From assembly GCA_044349305.1 (NCBI GenBank), contig JBIKRF010000004.1, positions 2,324 to 66,323 of the forward strand: a DNA stretch of 64,000 nt, written 5' to 3'. Shown in pieces: positions 56,597 to 64,000 of the stretch. Within the stretch, counting starts at the first letter, position 1. Each line of letters starts with the position of its first letter. The translations under genes were made by a program, and so were the position numbers. Source of the DNA: Flavobacteriales bacterium. Lineage in GTDB: Bacteria > Bacteroidota > Bacteroidia > Flavobacteriales_D > Sanyastnellaceae. A model generated the notes under the pieces. That model was not told the DNA's origin and did not search any database. It saw only the letters and a list, made by a program, of their open reading frames with translations.

Positions 56597-59260
56597 ATGA
56601 TAACCCGAATTATTGGGATAAACACCAGCACCTATGTGAACGCGGAAATGCGTTTAGACGATTGCGATTCATTGCAATTGGTAGGTCCAAACAACGTTGG
56701 TAAGTCAACCCTTATTTACACCTTGAACTTCTTGTTCATTGTAGATGGATCGAAGATGTCCTTTTCCGGACAGCGCCGTGGAGACAAGGAAACCATTCAC
56801 CACTACTTCCCTACTCACAACCAGAGTTACATTATTTTCGAAATCAAGAAGAACGATTCCAACTATTGCATACTTGTTAAACGAGACAGCGATGGAGAAT
56901 TGGAATACTTCCGTTTTACTGGAGAATACAATTCCGACAACTTCTTTAAAAGTGAAGGCGCACACCAACGCATTCGCAAATGGGATGAAGTTCAAGATGA
57001 ACTGAAAGCGGCTGGCGTTGAGCTTTATTTATTCAAGAGTAAAACAGAAGTCTTCAATACCGTTTACTCGAGAGGAAGAAAGAACGATGCTGCTATTTGG
57101 TTGGAAGACAGCGTTCGCACAGACGGACTTTCAAACAATTTCTCGAAAGTTTATCGCTATCTGATTAACTCGAAGTTAATCACAAACAAAACCCTAAAGG
57201 AAAGCTTGATTGTTGCCGATAATCGTGAGAACGAAGGCTTAAGCTTTTCACAGAAAAATAAAAAAGACATCAACGATTTGCTTCGTATCAACGAAGAAAT
57301 CCGCACGGTGAAAAGCATTCAAAAAGAGTTCGAAGAATTCCGTGAAGTTGTGAATTTGTTCAAAGCGAAAACTCGCATCGTTAGCGATTTGGTTTATGCC
57401 TTCGATAAACAATACAACGGAGTGATCAATGAACTAGACAGTTCTCGTTTAGAAAAAGAAAAGCAATATCAAACAACGCTTCTTAATCTGAATGAAAAAC
57501 TTAAACCGAAGCAAGAAGAGTTAAACCGTGATTTAGGTAAGCGCGAATTGGAAGTTGAGATTCAAGAAAAAACATTCATCAATCTTCAAACACAACTCGA
57601 TGAAATTGCGTCTTTCGAAGGGAAGAAATTCTTGGAAGAATCACTTTTGAATCTCGACGCAAAACGTCGCGAATCTGAGGTTCGTATAACCATGGTCGAG
57701 AATCAAAAATTAGACTCGAAGAACTTGGAAGCGAAGCTTCAAAAGATTGACATGACCTGCGGTAAGCTTGAAGCACAAATTAAAAATTACGACGACCAGT
57801 TAATTCACAAGATCACTGCGAAAGACGACATTCGTAAAATTTTGAACACCGTATTTTCTCAAGAATTCGCGGCACTTCCAAGCAAATTGGTGAAGAAAAA
57901 AATCACCAAAGCTGGAACCACTTTGAGCATCTTCGACGGTGAGATCACCTTGCCAAAAGATTTAGTTCTTGCAGACATTCCTTCAGTAAAATCATTGAAA
58001 GATGAACTTCAAGAATTGAAGAGAGAAAAAGCAGAACTTGAAAAACTTTGGGCTGTTGCCTTGAACTTCGACAAAGCACAGAAAGAATTGAGTACGATTC
58101 TTTCTGACATTGATGAAGTGAAAGAGAAGTTAAACAAGCTTAAGAGCAAACCTAAACTCGAAAAAGAAGCCGAAGCGGTAGGAAAAGAACTACGCACCAT
58201 GAAGGCCGAAAAAGAAAAGTGCGAAGGTGATTTGAGTAAGTTGAAAAAAGAACTTTCCGACAAAACTCTCCTACTCGATTCATTGCGCGAAGAGACGCGT
58301 CGCAGCGAAGAGCGTTTGATTGAATTGAAAAGAAGAAAAGCTGAAATTGAAACCTTCGGAATTATTCCAACAGAATTCGATACAACAGAATCGTTGGATG
58401 AGATTTACGGAAAAATCAAAATCTCGAATACCGATCGCGATACGCTGAAAGGCAACAAAGACCGCATGTTCGATCACTTGCGTTTCAAAACGAATTCAGC
58501 AATGGCCGATGAAGAAGAATTCATCAAATATGTTGAAGATGAAATTGCTTGTATCAACGATAAAGTAAAAAGTATCGATGGTCTATTGGGAAGTATCTCT
58601 ACGCAGTTTGCAAACCCTGCATTCAACCTTCGCAAACGTTACGAAGAATTCAAAACGTTCGTATACAATCGCTTCAACGAGAGCTTGGCAAAAACCAGAA
58701 TCTCGAACATTGAATCGCTTCGTATTGAACTCGTAGATAACAAGCGCGTATTGTTCGATCTTGAAAGAATTGCTTCGATTGAAAATTTGAATTCGCAATT
58801 GGCTTTCGAATTTGAGCAAGGCGAAGATTTAAAAATCTTGAATCAATACCTCGACAGCGGAAAGACCATTGACTTCGAAGACCTATTCGATATTGAATTG
58901 CATCTCGATGTAAAAGGAAAACTGAAGCGAGTTGACTTGAAAGAACAAGTTGAATCGGATGGAACTGACCGTATGATTCGTTTGGTTATCGTTATGGCTA
59001 TTATCAACCGTTTAGCTGTTTCGGCGCCAGAGAATAAGATTGCCTTGTTCATCGATGAGATTGGAACCATTGACGAGCATAACCGTCCGCAATTGGTTCA
59101 GTTCTGTAAAGAGCACAACTTTCTTCCAATCTTCGCTGCACCGCAGCCATATGACGGATTCTCGAAGTATTACTTCATCTTCCGTTCGAAAGGAAAAATT
59201 AATTTGAACGACAAGCAGCACGCTGTGCGTCGTGAAGACCTAAAAATATCTGAAAACTAA
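56597..59260 (+). CDS. SMC/Rad50/MukB-like coiled-coil ABC-type ATPase (887 aa)
   Basis: N-terminal Walker A (LVGPNNVGKSTLI). There is about 400 aa of K/E-rich heptad sequence, with a non-coiled break near residues 405-470. The C-terminal head carries a signature-like SDGTDRM and a Walker B/D-loop (ALFIDEIGTID). Confidence 0.8.
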   Translation: MITRIIGINTSTYVNAEMRLDDCDSLQLVGPNNVGKSTLIYTLNFLFIVDGSKMSFSGQRRGDKETIHHYFPTHNQSYIIFEIKKNDSNYCILVKRDSDGELEYFRFTGEYNSDNFFKSEGAHQRIRKWDEVQDELKAAGVELYLFKSKTEVFNTVYSRGRKNDAAIWLEDSVRTDGLSNNFSKVYRYLINSKLITNKTLKESLIVADNRENEGLSFSQKNKKDINDLLRINEEIRTVKSIQKEFEEFREVVNLFKAKTRIVSDLVYAFDKQYNGVINELDSSRLEKEKQYQTTLLNLNEKLKPKQEELNRDLGKRELEVEIQEKTFINLQTQLDEIASFEGKKFLEESLLNLDAKRRESEVRITMVENQKLDSKNLEAKLQKIDMTCGKLEAQIKNYDDQLIHKITAKDDIRKILNTVFSQEFAALPSKLVKKKITKAGTTLSIFDGEITLPKDLVLADIPSVKSLKDELQELKREKAELEKLWAVALNFDKAQKELSTILSDIDEVKEKLNKLKSKPKLEKEAEAVGKELRTMKAEKEKCEGDLSKLKKELSDKTLLLDSLREETRRSEERLIELKRRKAEIETFGIIPTEFDTTESLDEIYGKIKISNTDRDTLKGNKDRMFDHLRFKTNSAMADEEEFIKYVEDEIACINDKVKSIDGLLGSISTQFANPAFNLRKRYEEFKTFVYNRFNESLAKTRISNIESLRIELVDNKRVLFDLERIASIENLNSQLAFEFEQGEDLKILNQYLDSGKTIDFEDLFDIELHLDVKGKLKRVDLKEQVESDGTDRMIRLVIVMAIINRLAVSAPENKIALFIDEIGTIDEHNRPQLVQFCKEHNFLPIFAAPQPYDGFSKYYFIFRSKGKINLNDKQHAVRREDLKISEN

Positions 59261-59367
59261 TGTCAACATTATTAACTGCCCCAAACTTCGCAAGCCTTTA
59301 CCCTTCAAACATTCAAGACATTGAAGAAGTAAAAGTTTGCTACCATTTAGAATCAGAAGAAAAATGA
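59260..59367 (+). CDS. 35-aa micro-ORF bridging the ATPase gene and the next gene, or a frameshifted N-terminus of the next gene
   Basis: The ATG overlaps the ATPase stop (TAATG). Its TGA overlaps the ATG at 59364 (ATGA). Peptide: MSTLLTAPNFASLYPSNIQDIEEVKVCYHLESEEK. Confidence 0.35.
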   Translation: MSTLLTAPNFASLYPSNIQDIEEVKVCYHLESEEK

Positions 59368-60560
59368 TTAAAGCCGAACCACGGACCATATTAAACTTCC
59401 TGAACACGTACTTCGATGTAGTGCGCGACTTGTTTGAATACCAACAACAAGACGGTATCATTACGAAGGAAGTATTCGATATGATTTGTCATAAGCACGG
59501 TGCGCAAATGAAAAGTCGTTTGCGCGAATACCGCGTTGTTCGTTCAATTGGAAGTGATTACGAAATGCGCGATGTGTATTTCAAGTTAATGGAATTTTTG
59601 TTGTTTGAATTCAAACCACTTCTTCCAGAAACCATTGAAAAATACAAAGGAGCCATTGCTGAATTGTTCATGAAAATTCGCAAAAGCGAACATTCCGACC
59701 GCGATATTCTTCAGGAAAGAATTAAAAATCTTTCCGGACAAGTGCGCGAATTCGTTGATCTAGTTGAACGAAACGCTTTCCGTTTATTGGCAGAAACACG
59801 CGATTTGAAATCGAACATTGACCGCGTGCAGTACCGCGAAAAAGTTCACAAAGCTTCCTTTTGGATTGAATACTACATTCTTCCTTTGAACCGCATTCTC
59901 GATGTTAATCACAGTGAATCGGTAACCAGCAAGTTGGTTGAAGTGTGTGAATACGCGAACAGAAAACGTCTCGACTACTCCGACGAAACCACGCGCAGTG
60001 AATATGAAAAACTATACACGCAACTGATTCAAACCAACCAAGACCTGTTGAAACAATCGAAGATTCTGACTAACGAACTTCTTCCTTTACTCGAACGTAT
60101 TCGCACAGAATCGCTTATCCTAACAGGGTTCATCGAGTTCTTGCGCAATCCTTACAAAGTGGAAACTCCGCCTTTGTTGAAAGGAACACGCACGATGGTT
60201 TACGCGAAAGACATGTACTTCAAAGTGCGCGAATTTTTCGAGCAGTTTCAAATTGAAGCGCCTGTTATTGTGGAAAATTCAGAAGCTGATTTCGACCGTT
60301 GGATTTTCGACAGAACCTTATTCAAGGAAAAACTTTCGGCAAGTATGCCTGTGAATGACTTCTTTGGATGGTGTTTCAAAGCGTTGAAAAAAGACTTCGA
60401 TCAAATTGAAACAGACAAATTCTTTGCTGTAACCGGACTGTTATTCGATGAAGAATTGCAAATCGATTATTCGAAGAAAAGCGAACGTGTTTCCATTGAA
60501 ACCACAACATCGATTCTCGATGTACCTAAATTGAAAATTGAACCCGCTATAAAATTATAA
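59364..60560 (+). CDS. Hypothetical helical protein (398 aa from ATG 59364), candidate kleisin-like (MksF/JetA-like) partner
   Basis: Gene position, size and all-helical composition with a central coiled-coil-like segment. The ORF track starts at TTG 59337. The family assignment is inference only. Confidence 0.6.
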   Translation: MIKAEPRTILNFLNTYFDVVRDLFEYQQQDGIITKEVFDMICHKHGAQMKSRLREYRVVRSIGSDYEMRDVYFKLMEFLLFEFKPLLPETIEKYKGAIAELFMKIRKSEHSDRDILQERIKNLSGQVREFVDLVERNAFRLLAETRDLKSNIDRVQYREKVHKASFWIEYYILPLNRILDVNHSESVTSKLVEVCEYANRKRLDYSDETTRSEYEKLYTQLIQTNQDLLKQSKILTNELLPLLERIRTESLILTGFIEFLRNPYKVETPPLLKGTRTMVYAKDMYFKVREFFEQFQIEAPVIVENSEADFDRWIFDRTLFKEKLSASMPVNDFFGWCFKALKKDFDQIETDKFFAVTGLLFDEELQIDYSKKSERVSIETTTSILDVPKLKIEPAIKL

Positions 60561-60561
60561 C

Positions 60562-61104
60562 ATGGTATATCCAGCGCACCATAGACAAATTGTTGAAGAA
60601 CTCATGAGTGGAAAGTTCTTGTTGAACAACGAAGAACACTTCAACAGTCTGAAAGAAAACGAATCGTTCTACGCCGAATTCTTCAAGATTTCTTTCGACC
60701 TAGAATTAATCATGAAGCCCGAGTTCAGTTACCTGCTCAGCAAAGACACTCAAGAAAATTTCTCGCGCGATGTGAGCATTTTCATTGCCATTCTTAGCTA
60801 TGAGTTGGATCGTGACGGACGCAACTTCATTGAGTCTTTCGACTTCAATGAATTTACTTTCGAAGAAATTGACAACTACTTTTTAAATAGTTCATTCATT
60901 GATCTTATTGAAAGCAACAAGACCTTGCGCGACAATGAGAGCAGAAGAACTTTGTTGAACGGTATGGCACGGAGAAATATTATTTACAAAACTTTCGAAG
61001 ACCGTTTTACCTTTACACAAGCTTACAAAGTATTTGTAGACTTCGCTAAAGAACTTGCATTGAAACGCATCAAAGGCGAACCAGAAACACAAAACGCTGA
61101 ATAA
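60562..61104 (+). CDS. Hypothetical protein (180 aa), candidate MukE/MksE/JetB-like (DUF4194-like) partner
   Basis: Starts 1 nt after the previous stop. The N-terminal pattern (ELMSGKFLLNNEEHFNSLKENESFYAEFFKISFDLELIMKPEFSYLL) resembles the DUF4194 pattern. Inference only. Confidence 0.6.
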   Translation: MVYPAHHRQIVEELMSGKFLLNNEEHFNSLKENESFYAEFFKISFDLELIMKPEFSYLLSKDTQENFSRDVSIFIAILSYELDRDGRNFIESFDFNEFTFEEIDNYFLNSSFIDLIESNKTLRDNESRRTLLNGMARRNIIYKTFEDRFTFTQAYKVFVDFAKELALKRIKGEPETQNAE

Positions 61105-61562
61105 TGAAAAAACTAATCTTTACCCTTGCGCTAGCTATCGCATGCTTAGCTAGTACCAACATCAATGCTCAATCCCTTGAGCGTCGCGCAGCGATAGACA
61201 TTTGTGAATGCTCACACATTATTGAAAACAATGTCAGCCCCGCCTTTCGCGAAATCGTAAGATTCAAATTAATTGCAGAAACACAGGACGAATTCGATAC
61301 CGCATTGCTCACTTACGTTACGAATAACCCTGATCAAGCAGCGAAAGATATGCAGTGGATGCAAAGCATGAGCGACGATAACGGACAGTTCCTACGTTGC
61401 ATTTCGAAAATGGAAATGAAATACGACAACACTGAATTGGACACTCCAGAAATGTACAATTCCATAATGGTTGAATTGTATGAAATTCAATGCGATTTCG
61501 CTGCCGCATTATTTATGTTCGGTGCAGAAGTGCAAGAGGCAGAAGTAACAGAAGGAGAATAA
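61104..61562 (+). CDS. Secreted hypothetical protein (152 aa)
   Basis: Signal peptide MKKLIFTLALAIACLASTNINAQ, four Cys and an acidic C-terminus. The ATG overlaps the previous stop (TAATG). Confidence 0.6.
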   Translation: MKKLIFTLALAIACLASTNINAQSLERRAAIDICECSHIIENNVSPAFREIVRFKLIAETQDEFDTALLTYVTNNPDQAAKDMQWMQSMSDDNGQFLRCISKMEMKYDNTELDTPEMYNSIMVELYEIQCDFAAALFMFGAEVQEAEVTEGE

Positions 61563-61587
61563 TTACGGCAAACAATAAAACAACAAC

Positions 61588-61860
61588 ATGCAATTTAAAT
61601 CTAACCTGTCTTTACTTGCTATAGCAATGCTTCTCATTGCTTCAGGATGTGCAACGGGTAATGAAAAAGAGATTGACACATTAAAGAAAACGCAAGATTC
61701 ACTTGTAGAACAAAATAATGCTCTCAAGGAACAGATTGAAATAGAAAAAGCTCGTGGAGAATACGGCAAAGAAACATATCTGATTCAAACAGAAGTAAAG
61801 CGCAATGAGATTGAAATACTCAAGCTCAAAGAAAAACAAATGACACTTGAGGGTAAATAA
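61588..61860 (+). CDS. Small coiled-coil lipoprotein (90 aa)
   Basis: Lipobox LLIASGC followed by a K/E-rich helix. Confidence 0.55.
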   Translation: MQFKSNLSLLAIAMLLIASGCATGNEKEIDTLKKTQDSLVEQNNALKEQIEIEKARGEYGKETYLIQTEVKRNEIEILKLKEKQMTLEGK

Positions 61861-61932
61861 TCGATTGCGCCTTCGGTTTGGCTAGACTCAAACTTGGATT
61901 AAATGCTCAATAACCATTCTCGCCTCCCCTTT

Positions 61933-61964
61933 AAGCCCTTGATTTTCAAGGGCTTTTTTATTTT
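61933..61964 (+). terminator. Rho-independent terminator closing the 56.6-61.9 kb gene string
   Basis: Stem aagcccttg/caagggctt with loop atttt, followed by a T-run. Confidence 0.8.
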
Positions 61965-61988
61965 ATTCACAATTGTTAATAAAAGTAC

Positions 61989-61996
61989 TATCTTTG
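61989..61996 (+). promoter_or_regulatory. Candidate -7 element (tatctttg) for the DEAD-box helicase, implying a 5' leader of about 115 nt
   Basis: Identical octamer to the rpsO candidate. It is followed by the hairpin ccgcc-tttaagg-ggcgg. Confidence 0.4.
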
Positions 61997-62117
61997 CGCC
62001 GCCTTTAAGGGGCGGGTTTAACTATCACATTTCCTTTTTCTGTTGGCGTAAACAGAATTTAGCTCAGGGAATAAGGTCGTCGAATTCAATCCGACATCGG
62101 GCGACTAAATAAAATAT

Positions 62118-64000
62118 ATGACAACATTTCAAGAACTTGGTCTATCGAAGACCACAGTTTCAGCTATCGCTGAAATGGGTTTTGAGAACCCAACACCAAT
62201 TCAAGAACAAGCTATTCCGCACATGCTTACAGGCACAACAGACGTTGTTGCATTAGCACAAACGGGAACAGGAAAAACCGCAGCGTTCGGACTTCCATTG
62301 TTAGAGCTTCTTGACTTTCAAAACAAAAAAACGCAAGCATTCATTCTTGCACCAACGCGTGAGTTGTGTGTACAAATTGCGAAAGACATTCAACGCTTTT
62401 CAGCACACACAACCGGAGCGAACGTAGTTCCTGTATACGGTGGCGCAAGCATTGAAACACAAATTCGTGAAATCAAACGTGGCGCTCAAATCCTTGTCGG
62501 AACTCCTGGAAGAACCTTAGATTTGATTGAGCGCGGAGTAATTGATCTTAGCGCTGTAGACTTTGTAATTCTCGATGAGGCAGATGAAATGCTTCACATG
62601 GGATTCAAAGAAGATTTAGATGCAATCTTATCTGAAACACCAGAAGAAAAACAAACATGGTTGTTCTCGGCTACAATGCCTGCAGAAGTTTCGCGCATAG
62701 CACGTAACTACATGACCAACCCTGTTGAGATTACAGTTGGAAATAAGAATTCCGGCAACGAAAATATTGAACACGTTTATTATGTTACTCACCAACGCGA
62801 TAAATACTTAGCGTTGAAGAGACTTGCCGATTACAATCCTGATATTTTCGCGATTGTATTTTGCAGAACAAAAGCTGAAACACAATCAGTTTCTGAAGCA
62901 TTAATCAAAGACGGATACAACGCCGATTCAATTCACGGTGACTTGTCGCAAGCGCAACGTGACAACGTAATGAAGCGTTACCGTAACCGCACACTTCAAA
63001 TGCTTGTTGCAACTGACGTTGCTGCCCGTGGTATTGATGTGAATGACGTTACACACGTTATACAGTACAACCTTCCTGATGAAATTGAAAACTATACACA
63101 CAGAAGTGGACGTACAGCTCGTGCTGGAAAGAAAGGAATTAGCATTGTTTTAATTAACATGAAGGAAAACTTCAGAATTAAGCAATTAGAGAAAATTATT
63201 CAAACAACATTTACAAAAGGAACACTTCCCACACCTGCAGATGTTTGTGAGAAGCAATTGCTTCACTTGGTGAATCGTGTAAAAGAAACGGAAGTGAACC
63301 AAGGAAGTATTGGAAAATATTTACCAGCTGTTTACGAAGAATTTGCAGACTTCACGAAAGAGCAGGTGATTCAACATTTCATTTCAACTGAATTCAATCG
63401 CTTCTTAGAGTATTACAAGAATGCACCAGACTTAAATGTCGATGCATCTCGCGGTGATGCTCGCGGTGCAACTCCTGGAGTTGTGAAGATGTACATTAAC
63501 GTTGGAAAGAAAGATCAATTTACTTTCAACACGCTGAAGACATACATTGCTGAAGCAACCGGAGTAAGTGAGCAAGAGATTCCATGGTCTGATTTGAAAG
63601 ACACCTTCTCATTGTTCGAAGTGCGCACGGCGTCTTACGACAAAGTATTGGAAGTATTCAATGCAGGAGTAAAATACCGCGGACGTTCTATTCGTGTTGA
63701 ATCACGCGGCAACCAAGAAGCGGGTATCGGACGTGTTCGCATGCGTGGCAACAAGAGCTACAGCGGCGGATATGAGAACCGTGGTGGTGGAGAAAGAAGC
63801 TCAGGCGGAGGAGATAGAAGTTCAGGTGGCGGATACAACCGTGATCGTGGACCTCGCACTGGTGGATCAGACAGAAGCGCTTCAGAACGCAGCTCTGGTG
63901 GTGGTGAAAGACGCTCTTCAAGCGGAGATAGAGGTTCAGCCGGAAGTTCAGCTGGAAGCTCTAGCGGACGTGCTGGCGGATGGAAATTCAAAGAAGGTGG
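62118..64000 (+). CDS. DEAD-box RNA helicase (DeaD/CsdA-like) with a DbpA-type RNA-binding domain and an RGG/SGG-rich tail; 3' end lies outside the window
   Basis: Read manually, because there is no stop in the window and the ORF is absent from the track. N-terminus MTTFQELGLSK...PTPIQEQAIP, then AQTGTGKT, DEAD and SAT motifs. The tail reads GGYENRGGGERSSGGGDRSSGGGYNRDRG. Confidence 0.9.
   Translation, partial: MTTFQELGLSKTTVSAIAEMGFENPTPIQEQAIPHMLTGTTDVVALAQTGTGKTAAFGLPLLELLDFQNKKTQAFILAPTRELCVQIAKDIQRFSAHTTGANVVPVYGGASIETQIREIKRGAQILVGTPGRTLDLIERGVIDLSAVDFVILDEADEMLHMGFKEDLDAILSETPEEKQTWLFSATMPAEVSRIARNYMTNPVEITVGNKNSGNENIEHVYYVTHQRDKYLALKRLADYNPDIFAIVFCRTKAETQSVSEALIKDGYNADSIHGDLSQAQRDNVMKRYRNRTLQMLVATDVAARGIDVNDVTHVIQYNLPDEIENYTHRSGRTARAGKKGISIVLINMKENFRIKQLEKIIQTTFTKGTLPTPADVCEKQLLHLVNRVKETEVNQGSIGKYLPAVYEEFADFTKEQVIQHFISTEFNRFLEYYKNAPDLNVDASRGDARGATPGVVKMYINVGKKDQFTFNTLKTYIAEATGVSEQEIPWSDLKDTFSLFEVRTASYDKVLEVFNAGVKYRGRSIRVESRGNQEAGIGRVRMRGNKSYSGGYENRGGGERSSGGGDRSSGGGYNRDRGPRTGGSDRSASERSSGGGERRSSSGDRGSAGSSAGSSSGRAGGWKFKEG

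Noticed and set aside
62058-62106. tRNA-like fragment (tagctcaggga ... ggtcgtcgaattcaatccgacatcgggcgac resembles a D-loop plus T-arm and acceptor 3' half)
   Set aside because: - It is only about 48 nt.
- There is no anticodon arm and no matching 5' acceptor strand.
- The T-stem and T-loop are imperfect (gtcga/ccgac, attcaat).
- It is more simply explained as hairpins in the helicase 5' leader. A degraded tRNA or att remnant cannot be demonstrated from this window.
63688-63991. Minus-strand ORFs encoding proline-rich PPPELLSPPP repeats
   Set aside because: They are the antisense reading of the RGG/SGG tail of the plus-strand DEAD-box helicase. That helicase frame is continuous from 62118 and carries all the helicase motifs.

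Overview
This 64 kb window looks like chromosomal DNA from a Bacteroidota (Flavobacteriales-like) genome of about 40% GC. Supporting signs are several proteins with type IX secretion C-terminal sorting domains, a compact 289-aa RpoD, a type III glutamine synthetase, and TAnnTTTG -7 promoter motifs with little or no Shine-Dalgarno signal. Most of the window is housekeeping: accD, rpsO-pnp, rpoD, rpsA, pruA, pyrF-prfA-purM, glnN, tgt, lptF/G, tsaD, tadA and two DEAD-box helicases. There are no rRNA or tRNA genes, CRISPR arrays, transposases or integrases.

Three regions stand out:
- **Accessory stretch (5.6-15.7 kb, between rpoD and rpsA).** It carries secreted hydrolases, VanW, KilA-N, a YiiX-like amidase, a membrane-anchored class A beta-lactamase homologue and a DUF4160/DUF2442 pair. 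The intergenic spacers are mosaics of a few recurring sequence modules, including 41-bp and 78-bp tandem arrays.
- **Putative copper cluster (17.8-21.7 kb).** An EEP::MbnP fusion, an MbnH-like di-haem peroxidase and a YHYH protein.
- **Best candidate for an undescribed system (56.5-61.6 kb).** A translationally coupled operon encodes an 887-aa SMC/Rad50-like coiled-coil ATPase, a 35-codon bridging micro-ORF, and a 407-aa and a 180-aa protein that resemble kleisin-like and MukE/JetB-like partners. That would make it an MksBEF/Wadjet-like module with permuted gene order and no JetD/Toprim nuclease. This assignment is inference from architecture and needs profile and structure searches.
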